Assembly (NCBI RefSeq): GCF_009914755.1
Contig: NC_060935.1
Strand: one strand, 5' to 3'
DNA length: 64,000 nt
Origin: the human T2T-CHM13v2.0 reference genome, Homo sapiens
In this document: positions 23,494 through 46,660 of the stretch, one piece after another
Layout: each line of letters opens with the position of its first letter
Numbering within the stretch: position 1 is the first letter of the stretch
The notes under the pieces: model-generated
The model's input: only the letters and a program-made list of their open reading frames with translations
Database searches by the model: none
What the model was told of the DNA's origin: nothing
Translations under genes and position numbers: made by a program

Positions 23494-23704
23494 TAATTAT
23501 ATTATATATATATTATATATATAATATATATAATATATTATATATATAATATATATAATATATTATATATATAATATATATATAATATATATTATATATA
23601 TAATATATTATATATATTATATATATAATATATTATATATATAATATATATATTATATATATTATATATATAATATATTATATATATATTATATATATAT
23701 AAAA
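23494..23704. repeat. 211-nt A/T-only interrupted (TA)n tract
   Basis: no G or C from 23494 to 23704. Confidence 0.97.
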
Positions 23705-23855
23705 GCCCTGTTTTTTGAGGTATCAGGAATCCTGTCAGGGACTAGCAGATCTCTGATCCACCCTCATCTGCCAAGGCCAGCAGCTCCAGTTCCTTTTTCT
23801 GTGTGTTTTACACAGTAGAATGCCATGTAAGATTTTATCTGCGAAAGACGTTTGA

Positions 23856-24108
<253 letters not shown>

Positions 24109-24186
24109 TAGCCAGGATGGTCTTGATCTCCTGACCTCGTGATCCACCTGCCTCAGCCTCCCAAAGTGCTGGGATTACAGGCGTGA

Positions 24187-24772
<586 letters not shown>

Positions 24773-27546
24773 TAGTAGAGATGGGGTTTCACCGTGTTAG
24801 CCAGGATGGTCTCGATCTCCTGACCTCATGATCCGCCTGCCTCGGCCTCCCAGAGTGCTGGGAGCCACTGTGTGAGCCACCACGCCCGGCCAAGGTTATG
24901 TCTTAATTCTCAGAACATACATTAAGTTTAAATACCAGTGAAGTCATTTTCTATACATGGTTTTTAGAAGCTGATTAGTATTTCACTGGTGTTAGCTTCA
25001 AAATTGCCCTTGAGAGTTTTCACTTGTGATGACATATCAGATTGCTGTTTCTTTGACAGAGACTGCACATATCTCATGCTGCATAACCCTGAAATACCTG
25101 TTATAGTTTTGGTCTTTTAATTTAGCTTTTGAGTTTTGGATTCTGTCCATTTTTTCCCCTAAAACATCTGTAGAATCAGCTATTGCTTTCTATTCCACAG
25201 TCATTATCCTAGGTTTGTTTTTATGACTTCTTTCCTGCATATTTATGATTATACAAACTTCTTTTGGGCTCCCTACCTCATTTGTCTTTTCAGTCTGTTC
25301 CCCGCTATTACTGTAGTTCTCTTTCTAAAACGCAGATAGCCAGGCATGGTGGCACATACCTGTAGTCCCAGCCGTTGGGGAGGCTGAGACACAAGAATTG
25401 CTTCAACTTGTGAGGCGGAGGTTACAGTGACCTGAGATTGCACCACTGCACTCCATTGTGGGCAACAGAACGAGACCCTGTCTTGAAAAAAATTAATTAA
25501 TTAACTAATTAGAATAAAACACAGAGGTGATCTTGGCTTGTCCCTTACTTAAAATATTTTAATACCTTCCTTTGGCTTTCATTGTCTAGGCTTGCTGTTC
25601 AGGGTAGTATTTATTGCTTTTCACAAACTTGGTCCTACACTTTCATTTTCATGAAACTCATTCTATTATGTAAACATAATACTCTCATGTTGTTTCCACT
25701 TCTTCTAGATAACACTCCAAACCTTTGACCATACTATTCCTTCTGCCTAGACAGCACTCCCCAGTCCTCTTCTTCAGTCTTCAAATTTCACCCCTAGACA
25801 GCTTGCCCTAACCTACATCTCCCTACTTTTGCATTTTGCCCTGTTAGATCTTTTCATAGACTCCTGTGATAACAATTATTATATTCTATTATAATCCTTC
25901 ATTAATAGCACAGTTTTACTAGCTAGACTGAGAGCCCTACAAAGGCAGGAACAGTATTTTATTTATCATTTTAGAAAGTAGGTATTTTGCCAATCATTTA
26001 TTAAATATTTATTATTTTAGAATGTTGTGATAGGAAGTGGTAGGGAGTTATGATGGAGGGATAGGTATAAAGGGTAGTTAATTGGAAATAGAATAAGAAG
26101 GTAGTAGTGCAAAGCAGGTTCCAAATAGAAAAAAAAAAGATTTATTTGGGAATTGAGAAGGTAAATGTTAGCCTAGATTGGAGATAAAGATCTTTGCAAG
26201 GAAACATTTCCAATACAAGGGGAGGGAATCCTATCACACCCAAATACTCTATGCATTGAGGTAAAAGCCAGAATGGCTTTTTGACTGTGTCTCCCTGGCC
26301 TTTTATTTTTCCAACTACTGTATACTGTAGGTCATTGCTATTTTTGTAGTTTTCTTTCCAGAGGTTCCTTTTGTTAGTTGGGTGTTTGTACAGGTATTCA
26401 TCTTACTGTACTTTGTGAGAATGCCTTTAAGAGAGGTCTGTTTTGAGTAATTAGATACTAGTGGAAATAATTCTGTTGGACACTGCCCTTACTTATAATT
26501 CTCTTAGCATGCCAAATGCTAGTGACTTCAGCTGGCTTAGAAATAAGAAACCTTGCTGTTGTCACCCATGTCCCCACCCCACAGGCACACATTCAGAGAC
26601 CTCAGTAGTTCTCCCTAAACTGAATTTTCTGACCCTTATTTTACTACCCTAAGTTCTTAAAGTCTCCACTATAGACATTAAGAATGGGAGCAAAAACAAG
26701 TACATTTTTGGAAAAAATGTCCAATACTCATCATTGGTTAGGAATTCAACATTGTTTCGTTGGCTTAACTAAATTAGATGCCAAATTCCTGGTATATGTT
26801 TCATACCAGAATCGAAGCTCCTAATAAATTGGCCTAGGAGGAAGCAATAGAATAACAGAAAAGATTCAGATATGAGTCTCTCTGGAGTTATTTGCTGCCG
26901 CTACCTAGTCTGAAGGTGTGAGCAGCTGGGCTTAGTTTGGCAGATGTGGAAAGCTGGTAAGCACTTTCATTTCATAGTGCTGTTAGAAAGGAGGGGAAGA
27001 GAATAGGAAGAAGAGTCCTTTTCTCTTAATTTGGAGTCTTCAATTGAAATCTGCCTTTACAAATCATATAAAGCTTGATGCCAATTCTACTAAAATAAAA
27101 CTCTACACTTGTATATGTATTTAAAAAACACTGGGCTGGGCATGGTGGCTCACACCTGTAATCCAAACACTTTGGGAGGCTGAGGCAGGAGGATTGCTTG
27201 AGGCCAGGAATTCAAGACCAGCCTAGACAACATGACAAGACTCCATTTCTACAATTTTTTTTTTAAAAACAAGCTGAGTGTGGTGGTACTCACCTGTTGT
27301 CCTAACTACGTGGGAGGCTGAGGCAAGAGGATCACTTGAGCCCAGGAGTTGGAGGGTGCAGTGAGCTGTGATTGTGCGACTGTACTATAGCCTGAGTGAC
27401 AGAGTGAGACCCTGTCTCTAAATTAAATAAAAATAAAAAATACTGAATGGAAGTAGACCAAGAAGTTAACAGTGATTTTCCCTGGATGGTGGAATTATAA
27501 CACACTTAAGCTTTTTTTTTTTTTTTTGCTTTTTTTTTTTTTTTGA

Positions 27547-27888
<342 letters not shown>

Positions 27889-27930
27889 TGAAAAAAAAAT
27901 GAAGTTATTAAAATAATAGTTGATTTTTAA

Positions 27931-28227
<297 letters not shown>

Positions 28228-28992
28228 TAAAGTGTTGGAATTGTAGGCATGAACCACTGCACTTGGCCTAAGAAAATTTTGTTCTAATAATATTTGATTC
28301 CCATTTCTTATAGTTTTATTAAGATATATTTCACATACTAGCTGGGCACAGTGGTACATGCCTGTAGTCCCAGCTATTCAGGAAGCTGAGACGGAGGATT
28401 CCTTGAACCCAAGAACTTGAGTCTAGTGTGGACAACATAGCAAGACTCCAGTCTCTTAAAATGAAACAAGAAAAAGATACATTTTACATACTTTTTTTTT
28501 TTTAAGTTTTTGAGACAGGGTCTTGCTTTGTCACTGTAATTTTTTCTATTTTATTTCTGTATTACTTTTTTGTTTATTAAGACAGGTGTCGGCTGGGCGC
28601 GGTGGCTCACACCTGTAATCCCTGCACTTTGGGAGGCCGAGGCAGGCGGATCACGAGGTCAGGAGTTCAAGACCATCCTGGCTAACACGGTGAAACCCCG
28701 TCTCTACTAAAAACACACAAAAAAATTAGCCCGGCATGGTGGCAGGCGCCTCTAGTCCCAGCTACTCAGGAGGCTGAGGCAGGAGAATGGCATGAACTTG
28801 GGAGGCGGAGCTACAGTGAGCGGAGATCGCACCACCTCACTCCAGCCTGGGGAACAGAGTGAGACTCCGTCTCAAAAAAAAAAAAGACAGGTGTCTCACT
28901 CTGTCACCCAGGATGCGTTGCAGTGGCACAAATACAGCTCGCTGCAGCCTAACCTCCTGGACTCGCGCGATCCTCTCACCTCAGTCCTCTGA

Positions 28993-29196
<204 letters not shown>

Positions 29197-29199
29197 TAA

Positions 29200-29630
<431 letters not shown>

Positions 29631-30215
29631 TGAGCCACTGCACCCAGCCCTAATTTTGTATTTTTAGTAGAGACAGGGTTTCACTGTGTTTGTCAGGCTG
29701 GTCTTGAACTTGACCTCAGGTGATCCACCCACCTTGGCCTCCCAAAGTGCTGAGATTACAGGTCTGAGCCACCACGCCTGGCACAGCCTACACACTTTAA
29801 ATTTACCCATTTAGAGTGTACAGCTGAGTGGTTTTTAGTAAATTGAAAAAATTGAACAATTATCACAATCTTAATTTTAGAACTTTAAAAATACCCCTGA
29901 AAAGAAAAATTTCTTGTAATTCTGTTCATATATTTTAGTGGTATGAATCCTTTTATAAATCTTGTGACATTTTCAGGGTGAACCTAGCACTGTGAGTTAT
30001 GAAGGCATATAAGACACAGTTCTTGACTTCAAGTAGCTGATAGACTAATAGGGAAGAAAAGGAAATATAAATGTCTTTACAACAAGACAGTTGATTAAAG
30101 TTTCACACCAGTGATATAAGCTATATATCACAGGTTTGCTGAGGAATTGAAGAATCATCTGTGTTTGGAATGATGACAACAGGCCTCATGGAAGTAGGGA
30201 GATGGAATTTTCTAG

Positions 30216-30473
<258 letters not shown>

Positions 30474-31883
30474 TAATTTTTGTATTTTTAGTAGAGATGA
30501 GGTTTCACCATGTTAGCCAGGATGGTCTCGATCTCCTGACCTTGTGACCCGCCCGCCTCGGCCTCACAAAGTTCTGGGATTACAGGTGTGAGCCACTGCG
30601 CCTGGCCTATGCATACTTTTATACAAATATTTTATCAACAGATCTACCTTTATTCAGAAAATTATGGTCTGCAACATTTAATGAACATACAGTATGGGGA
30701 TGACAAAATAAATAGCTTGTAATTTAACAATTACACTGAGATCTCTACTGCTTGTTTTTTAGTTGATTTATATTACAAGGAAAAGTCAAAGTCTTTCTAT
30801 ATTCTTGTCATCTAATGCAGGGTACTTCTCAACTCCCCCACCATTATTCTAGCCTCTGTAACTCCTCCTTTCTCTGCCTTTACCGTTCTGGGATGTGTGT
30901 AATTGTAGTAGGTCATTACCCAGAATTATATGCCATGTGTGACAGTCTGCAGAGATAGGATGTTGCAACACTGTCACCACATGGCTCACAGAGTAGAAAG
31001 TCATTCTTCAATTTTTATGATACCTTAATTTCTATTTTAAAAAGCCTTTAAAAATCAGCATTTGGATTTTTATGTTATTACATCCCAGAAAAATGATCTT
31101 CTAGTGAATATAAGTACAGAGTAGTAGTATCATATGGATTGTAATGTTTCCTTTAGGTGACTGAAATGACCTACCCCTTTCTCATTGCTTTTGAAATTGA
31201 AAACACTTTTGACATTGTTTTTGGGACACAGGTTCTAAAAAAAGGCAGGTAGATGGATCACTTGAGTATATCAAGGAATACCTGCATCCAGTGAAGATGC
31301 TACTTAGGTTGTTTTTCTAGAGTAGGAATAGATCTGTGAGCTCCAGCTGTGTATTTCTGTGACTGTCCTTTTGACTACTGTACTTTCAGAGTCACTGACT
31401 TCAACCATGCAATGGAATTAACCTGACCGACTCAGGCTGAAAGAGTCCTAATAAAGTGATGACCTGAGATTGGAAACCCACATAACAGTTTTGTCTTTTT
31501 AATTCTGAAAATCATAATTTATCTGTTTTATTTCTGTATTATTGATTGATTGATTGATTGAGACAGGTCTCACTCTGCCACCACCCAGGCTGGAGTGCAA
31601 TGGTACAATCACAGCTCACTGCAGCCTTGACCTCCCCGGGCTCAGGTGATCCTCCCATCTCAGCTTCCCAAGTACCTGGGAACCACAGATGCACCACTAC
31701 ACCTGGCTAACTTTGTAATATTTTGTTGTATAGAGACAGGGTTTTGTCATGTTGCCCAGGCTGCTCTTGAACTCCTGGGCTCAAATGATCCGCCTACCTC
31801 TGCCTCCCCATGTGCTAAGATTACTGGCATGAGCCACTGTGCCTGGCTTAAGTAATTTAAGTAATACTATTTGTTTTATTTAG

Positions 31884-32177
<294 letters not shown>

Positions 32178-32398
32178 TAATTTTTTGAGGGCTTGGACTG
32201 TGTTTTTTTCATCTCTGTATTCCTAATGTCCAGGATACTACCTGGCACATGGTAGGTACTCTACATATTTGAATATATGTTGTCAAGTATGAAATCCATT
32301 TAATTATATGAGAGATATGTGTGTAATCACACATCTCTGTTAATTCACTGAAATCTAGCAAAAGTTGGTGTTAATTTGGCTTTTAAATATTTGGGCTA

Positions 32399-32714
<316 letters not shown>

Positions 32715-33534
32715 TTATTTCACTTGCTGCTATACATAACAGAACATACCATGACTCAATAATAGCTAAGATTTGTTAAAGAACTTTCAATGTGTCACGA
32801 AGTATGCACTTAGCATATCTGGAGTAGTGGCCCTGGGGCCCATCTTCACTATTTATCAGTAACCTTGGGATGTTAGTTGACCTCTTAGTACCTCATTTTC
32901 CTCATCTATAAAATTGGATCCTAAGAGTTATCTCCCTCTCAGAGTGGTTGTAAAAATTAAATAAGTTAATACCTTACACGTAAAGTACTAAAAAGAGTGT
33001 CCTGATGTGGTAAATGTTCAGTAAATGTTAGCCATTGTCATTGTTACTCATTTGTCATGGCAACCCTCTATGGTAGATACTATTGTGTCCCCACTTTTCA
33101 GAGAGGCCTTTGAGGCTCAGAGAAGGCAAGTGCCCATGGCCACACCACTAGGCAGTGGTGGATCCTTGCCTCAGATCCAGGCCCCTCTAGCAGCAGCCTC
33201 CACACTCTTAACCTTACATTGTGTAGTCTCTCCCAGCCCCCTGCTTCTAGTTTCTCATCACGTGTATGTTTCATGCAGACACCTTTGACCACTCGAGAAA
33301 GCTCAGACCTCAAACGTTCCTGTTCCCTACTTAAAACATTAGTAACTATCTCTTAATATTTAACATTTAGGTCTATATTGAGAACTATTGGGCTATCGTT
33401 TTTGTGAAGTTATCTTTTTTATAAGAAAAAAGCATACAACAAAATCATTTAGCAGTGTGGGAAAAAGTAGTTCTGTGTTGCAACCATCTTCCTGAGGAAT
33501 ACGTAAAGGAAATAGAATCATGCCTGCATTTTAA

Positions 33535-33675
<141 letters not shown>

Positions 33676-33856
33676 TAGTGGAAGGAACTGACCCCTTGGC
33701 TGTGTCTGAATCTGCAGAAGCACATGATCAGTTTTTCAGTCTCTCTCATAACTGCCTTTCGTCCTGCTTGCTCCAGACCCCTCTCTGTTCTTTTCTCCAC
33801 TGACCTGTCTCTGCCTGCTGTGTTTTCTTTTTCTTTTTCTTTTTCTTTTTTTTTGA

Positions 33857-34072
<216 letters not shown>

Positions 34073-34899
34073 TAATCCGTCCGCCTCGGCCTCCCAAAAT
34101 GCTGGGATTACAGGCGTGAGCCACTGCACCTGGCCTGCCTGCTGTGTTTGATACTTTTCACTCCTCCACATTCTGTTTATTTTAGCGGGAAAATAAAAGC
34201 CAAGCTTTAAAGGCTGTCATAGACTCTAACATCAGGACAGGCCTTAGCAATGGGATGAGGCCTTTGCATCCAGCAGGGCTGGGACTGGCACCAGGCCTGC
34301 TGACTTCCATTCTTCATTCCATGTCTTGATTCCACTTTGAGCTCTTGGGGTATGAGAACAACTGATAAAACTGAGGCACTTTAGAAAAGAAACACACAAC
34401 CTCTTTTAGACAGAAATGAAACTATTGAATTTTCAGCATGGCAGTCCCGAGCTATGATACTTTTGTACATTTTTTTGTTTGTTTTTGAGACAGAATCTCA
34501 CTCTGTCGCCCAGCCTGGAGTGCAGTGACGTGATCTCGGCTCCCTGCAACCTCTGCTTCAGGGTTCAAGCGATTCTCCTGTCTCAGCCTCCTGAGTAGCT
34601 GGGACTACAGGCATGCATCACCACACCCAGAAAATTTTTTGCATTTTTAGTAGAGATGGGATTTTACCATGTTGGCCAGGCTGAGCTCGAACTCCTGACT
34701 TCAGGTGATCCGCCCGCCTTGGCATTCCAAAGTGCTGGGGGTACAGGCGTGAGCCACCGTGCCCGGCCCTTTTGTACATTTTAAATAGTTATTCTGTGTA
34801 TTTGCCTGATATTTTATACTTGGTATTGACTATATTTTTCAGTAGCTTATTCTCAGTGTGCATGTTTAGAGCAGTATTGTGTAATTAAATTTCTTTTAA

Positions 34900-35273
<374 letters not shown>

Positions 35274-35290
35274 TAGCCAGGATGGTCTCA

Positions 35291-35422
<132 letters not shown>

Positions 35423-35439
35423 TCAGGAAGTCAATATCA

Positions 35440-35575
35440 AGGGCTTCTCTTGAAACCCTGAAATTCCATATGACTTGCTGTATATGCATGTCTGCTGCTT
35501 TTCAGGGTGAGGGCTCATAGCTCTGTTAGATTCTCAGAAGGGTCCACGTCCCAGAAAAGATTAACAGTGGCCCTA
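35440..35575. mobile_element. MER103C-like hAT remnant
   Basis: gagggctcatagctctgttagattctcagaagggtccacgtcccagaaaagattaa resembles recalled consensus. Confidence 0.55.
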
Positions 35576-37356
35576 GACCACGAGCTCTCTCAGGTTTTAG
35601 TTGTCTGGGCAACAAGTTTATTTACCTAGGATTACACATCTAATTAGTAGCCGAGCTGAGACAGAACCTAAGGCACCCAGTTGTTTCTCCTGCATTAAGT
35701 AGCTGCTAAAGAAAGTGTCTGAACCCCAACAGGCCCACAGCAAGAAAGATTCATTACTTTTTGTGATCATTTCTCCTTCTCTTTAAATTTTATCTTCTTT
35801 TCCTAAATAGTACGTTATTCTTACCTCCCCGACCATCTCCTCTCCTCCTTATATTTGATTACTTGTGGAGTTGGTATTAATAAGATAAATATTTGCTTTG
35901 GATTGGAGCTAAAAAAAAGTTCAGCAGCTGTTGATAAGAGATGCTATTATAAGCTGTTGACTAAATAATACAGCATTAAGATAATTTAGTTTGGGATTTT
36001 AGTATAGATGTTTTAAACGTGGTGTGATAACTGTGTCCCCATGTATGGAAATATCTGAAATAGTTTAGCTAATTTCCATGTAGGATTCTTGCAGCTATTA
36101 ATGTTTAACCTGCAGCTTAACTATGACCCCAGATTGGCTTTACTTTACAACATTGAGGAACAGAGCTGTAGGTCTCTACTTCCATCTCATTCATGCACTT
36201 TTTATTTATTGTATCAGAGGCGAGTATTTCCAAGCTCCCATAAATTCTACTTGAATTTGGAAATAAAACCAACTTGTTATATAAAAGCTATATCAAACCA
36301 ATAATCTAGTTTTATAAATATTGATTAAAAAACATCAGAATTGTGATTTATTTCATAGTATTCATTTGTCAAACCACATGTTCATATAACAGCTTTAAAA
36401 TCATGATATTTTCATTGGTATAGTGTGGGATTGAGTAAGGGACATAGGGACTTCTGTAACAAATACAGAAGATTACAGTGCAAAAACAAAGCAGGATGTT
36501 ACAGAATCAGAGTAGTAATACAGTGAAAATTATCCTAGAACAGTTGATTCCCTATCATAGCATGTCAGAGCTGGGAAGACTTTAGAGGTCATCTAGATCC
36601 AAGAGAAAAGACTTGCCCAGGATAAACTCTTTGTTCTCCTTAGGCTGACATAATGAATAAAACTTACTAGAGATAGGATCAAAGATTCCTGCTCCTTTTA
36701 AAATGATTTCATACTTAAGGGGAGAAATCTTTTGGAATGGTTTCCACCAATAGAGAAATCATAATTTCATTTGACCAAAAGAAAAACAACAAACTAGCCA
36801 GTCGTGGTAGCATGTGCCTGTGGTCGCAGCTACCCGGGAGGCTGAGGTGTGAGGATTGCTTGAGGGCAGGAGTTCGAGGCTGCAGTGTGCAACCATCGTG
36901 CCTGTGAAGAGCCACTGCATTCCAGCCTGAGCAACATAGTGAGACTCATCTCTTAAAAAATTTAACAAACTTACTATATATAGATAAATATCTGTATCTG
37001 TCTATATAAAGAGAGATTTTTTCCCCTTCCCCAGAAGTTGTTTGCCTAATTTGAGCTCATCCTAGAAAAGGGTACATGAGAATCAAAAGCAAAGGCTACT
37101 TCTTGCTTGACAGTTTAAAGGCCTTTCGTATTCCAAGATTGTATAAAGCAAATATGAAGGAAAGAAACATAATTGGTAAAGCAGATTTTTTTGTTTTTGA
37201 GACAGTGTCTCACTTCAGTGCCCAGGCTGGTGTGCAGTGGCACAGTCACAGCTCACTACAGCCTTGACTTCTTGTGCTCATGTGATCCCCCCATCTCACC
37301 CTCCCGAGTAGCTGGGACTTACCACTGTGCACCACTACACCCAGCTAATTTTTTGA

Positions 37357-37494
<138 letters not shown>

Positions 37495-37656
37495 TAAGCT
37501 TAGATTATGAGGGTAGTAGTAGTATGTCCAGCAGGTATTTTTGACATATGTGCTAGGCACTAGATTTTCTTTTTTTTTTTTTGGTTCAATAACACAAGTA
37601 TGTATTGAACACCTACTATTTCCTGACACAGTTAATATTAGGCATTATCTTGTTGA

Positions 37657-37938
<282 letters not shown>

Positions 37939-38260
37939 TAGAATAAATCAAGTAGGATACAAGCTTTTAGGGAATTCTGGGTTTGTTCTAATTTAATTCA
38001 TATTCCTGACTGTACTTTTCTTTTATATTTCTTATGTTTTTCTCTCTGCTTTTCTCAGCTCATTTTTTGCCTACCTGGATGATTCCATCTTGGAGAGCTA
38101 TGTAATCAGTGATTAGTTTTGAATACCATTCCCAGTTTCTTATGTAGATTTAAGTTTGGAGTGGAAGATGCTGTTTCCCCAACCCCCGCAAAAAAATGCC
38201 TGAAAGGGAAGCTCAGCACAAGAAGGCTAGAGTCTTGAGCATAATCCTAGGCAGGACTGA

Positions 38261-38518
<258 letters not shown>

Positions 38519-38659
38519 TGATCTTTTGGTCTTTTATCTTTCAAGGCTCAGTTTAACTCCTGCCTTTTCCAGAAACCATTTCCAACTAATCTCTTCCCTC
38601 CTTTCTATCACTTGGCATGGTGGAAAGAGATTAAGCAACTTGAAAAAGTTTCACCTTAA

Positions 38660-42570
<3,911 letters not shown>

Positions 42571-42698
42571 AATGGAATACAGACTAATTATCTGAAAGCT
42601 AGCCATTCAACACATTTTATGGGCAAATTAGCATTCAATAAGAGAGATGCCTACATTAAGTTTGGCCATACTGATGTCTTTGGAACATTTAGGTAGAG

Positions 42699-42865
42699 CA
42701 GTGCTCTCAAATGAGTCTGCATATTGGATGTATCTCTTTAAAATAGACTGATTGCCCAGATCCTGTCTGCAAAGATTCTGACATAATTGTACTGGGGTGA
42801 GGCCCAGGCATCAGGGTGTATTTAAAGCTCCCCAGGTCTTTTAGTAGACTGTTTTGAGAATAATT
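42699..42865. mobile_element. MER5-family hAT element
   Basis: cagtgctctcaaa...gattctgac...ctggggtgaggcccagg...tttaaagctccccaggt...tttgagaa. Confidence 0.65.
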
Positions 42866-43145
42866 GAAGTAGAGAGAGTATGCAGTTATAAATGTTGGTC
42901 TGACCTAAGAGGTGGGTCTGGGCTGGAAGAAAAGATTGGCTAATGATCAGGTAATTGCTACAATAACTGGTCACAATATCCAGTAGAGTAAAGATTCAGA
43001 CCTGTGAAATGCAGTCCTTTTTTCTTTTCTTTTTCTTTTTTTTTCTTTGCAAGGCTCGTCAGATGACCCAGGTGAAGCTATGTAACTAGCCAGTAAGGGA
43101 GCTCAAAAGCTCAATCCAAATCCATTCGCCTCTTGGCTGTGGTTT

Positions 43146-43165
43146 GGTGCCACCTAGTGGCAGTT
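43146..43165 (-). promoter_or_regulatory. Predicted CTCF binding motif (CCACTAGGTGGCAC on minus strand)
   Basis: fits core consensus CCASYAGRKGGCR; motif match only, no binding data. Confidence 0.6.
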
Positions 43166-44812
43166 TCTGCTCTAGCCTAAATATCAATTGGGCTGATTTT
43201 TCCAAGTTGAAATTGGCTGCCCTTTCTCTTGCCCTCACCACATCTCAGCAACTATCCACCAAAATAAGAACATTAACCTGCCTGCTTTGGGAATGGGAAC
43301 TGGGCAGAGGACAGGAAGAAATCGCCAATTACTTTATGTGTAAGACTTATGTTACGGTACATTAGTGTGGTATCTTATTTTTGGGGGGGTTTACTGTGTT
43401 TAGAACCACTGCGAAAGGTGCAGTTACCCAAGGAATGTGTCGAATGAGAATAAACCAGGACATGCATATGTATACACACTTTCATATGTACATTTTAAAA
43501 ATCTGAGTTCACACCAATACCTCCAATTCCATTTCACCACAGGGTTCTTTTTGTTTTTCTTCCCCCATTCCATATTTGTATTCTCCTTTTTCCACAGCTG
43601 GAGCCCTTCCAGCAGCATTTGAAATATTTACTCATTTGCTCAGTCTTTTATTCCATCTAAAATAGTTTCAGAATCCCTTCACCCATACCACTACAGTAAA
43701 CAAGCCTACTACAAATGAGCTGAATATTTGTTTGCAATTCTTCCCCTCACTCTCGCCACTGAGCCCAAGACTGAGGGCATAAGTCAAATACTGTGTAAAT
43801 GAGCTACTTTAATTAATTTATTTGTTCCCCCACCCCAGCCCCTTCAGTGTAGTTAAAAGTATTCATTTAAACAATTAGGTTAATTTGTTCCAGTTTGCTT
43901 TCAGTTTTAGGTCCCTACACCACCACATGTTAGCACTGTCTAGATATTTTGTGATATTAAGTAATTATTATTAATTTTGTTTACATATTTTTTAAACTGG
44001 GACCCATCTTTTTGGTATACAGCCTGAAAGAAAAAGAATGTTACCTGCAACTGTTTCGGAATAATCCTGGTCGGGAAGAAGGGGGAAATGGGTAGTAAAT
44101 ATAAGAAACAATATTGGTCATGAACTGATAGTTGAAGCTGGATGATTGGTACATGGGGAACTGTTTCTCTATACTTTTGTGTATATTTGAAATTTTCTGT
44201 AGTAAAAAGTTCTAAAAATATGTGTACTGCCTATAATGTTCTCAAGCTGTTTCATGGGACAAAAATTAAAGTATTTACTTCCCTATGTATTGCCTGCTTG
44301 CTATTAGTGAATACTCAGTAGCTTTTGATTGGATGTAAGAAGTCAGGTTAAGTTAAATGAAACATGTTTGTCCTTTTAGTTGTATTGACATATCTAACTA
44401 GGTTTAATAGACTTTTAAAGACAATCCTTTTTTATTATCTTTATAAAATTCTTAGGAAGCTGCATAAGTTACGATAATAGCATTTATTATTATTAATAGA
44501 CTATAACAGTATCTAGATTATCTAATTATGGGAAACAAATTACAGTTTCATTAAAGTTAGAGTTAAACTGGGCAACATCTCCATCCTTTTCTCATTCCTT
44601 GAGATTAAGGAGAACCTGGTGTTGATGCATGGAGACAGCACTAAGGATCATACTACCTTTTGAGTCAAGTCAAAACCATAGTTAGGGAATCTTTTCTTGT
44701 GTGCTGCCTCATGGTGGGATGAGGAGGGGTTTGGCAATTCTTTATTTTTAGAGGTATTTTACCCCCTGGGGGGGAAGTATGGAATGATTTTGCCTACATA
44801 TGTAAAAGTTGA

Positions 44813-45130
<318 letters not shown>

Positions 45131-46214
45131 TGATTCATAGCATTTTCTGAAATCCTAATGTGTCATTCGTATAATCACATAAACATAATTTACAGCTGCA
45201 GTAAGTGCTATTGAAGAAAAGTATGTGGTACTCTGGGATGTATAGAAGGGAATGTTAGTTTGGGAGGTCAAGGAAGGGATTTTTGGAGAGATCTTGAGGT
45301 TGAATAGGGGTTAACTGGGTGAAGAAGCAGAGGTTGCTGGGAAGGGAAGCAGGAAGCAAAGGCAAGAGAATGTTCCAAATAGAGAGAATGGCACATGCAG
45401 AAAGCCAGGAGGTTGGAGAGACCAAAGTAAATTGGAGATACTGAATGAAGCCTGGCCAGTTAGGGCAGTTCTGCCTGGGAAGGTGATATGAAACAAGGCT
45501 GGAGAGCGAGGCAGGGGCAGCCAGCCTGTTTGGGTCCATTAAGCATGTTGGTCTTAATCGTAACACTAGAGAAGTACTCCCAAATAACTCTTCATTGATT
45601 CAGGTGCTATTAAGTATGTTATTGTAAGAGACAAAATTATTTGTTTCAGTAAACCCTTGGAAAAATATTTTAGAGAATTACATTGAATTATTTCAGATAA
45701 ATAAGCATAGGTAAGTAGGTAAAAGGAAGTCGGTTTTTCTAAAACACAAAACAAAGCAAGTTGTCTTACAGTTTCATTGAGTACCTCCTAAATGAAGTAA
45801 ATTTGAAAATTAAGAGAAGACATCTTTTTTCATTTTTAACAACATATATTGAAGCATTGAAAAACATTTAGGTGGAAAAGGTTTGTTGGAGAGTAAGGGA
45901 AAGAACAGATCATCTGCTCAGATGATTCCTTGTAGTCCTGATTTGTCTTTTCAGGTATTTGTTAGGTGGTGGTAGGTTAATAGCAATTCCATCAGTCTTC
46001 ATGGTGATTATTTTCTAGCCAGAACACTGTAAGTGTGCATGGTTAAATATTACATCAATTGGGGAGATACTGGTCAAAGAGTACAGTTTCAGTTAGGAGG
46101 AATAAGTTCTGGAGATCTGCACAGCATGTGACTACAGTTAATAATAATGTACTGTATATTTGACAATTGCTAAGAGAAAGGAAGTAAATAAGAAGATCCT
46201 ACAACAACTGCTGA

Positions 46215-46660
<446 letters not shown>

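Noticed and set aside
30885-30930. SBS-like fragments (TTCTGGGA...ATTGTAGT; TACCCAGAAT)
   Set aside because: Wrong spacing and missing the terminal GC; not a credible ZNF143 site
44521-44534. 14-mer TCTAATTATGGGAA identical to 8125-8138, both ~300 nt before an exon
   Set aside because: Several chance 14-mer matches are expected in 64 kb of AT-rich DNA
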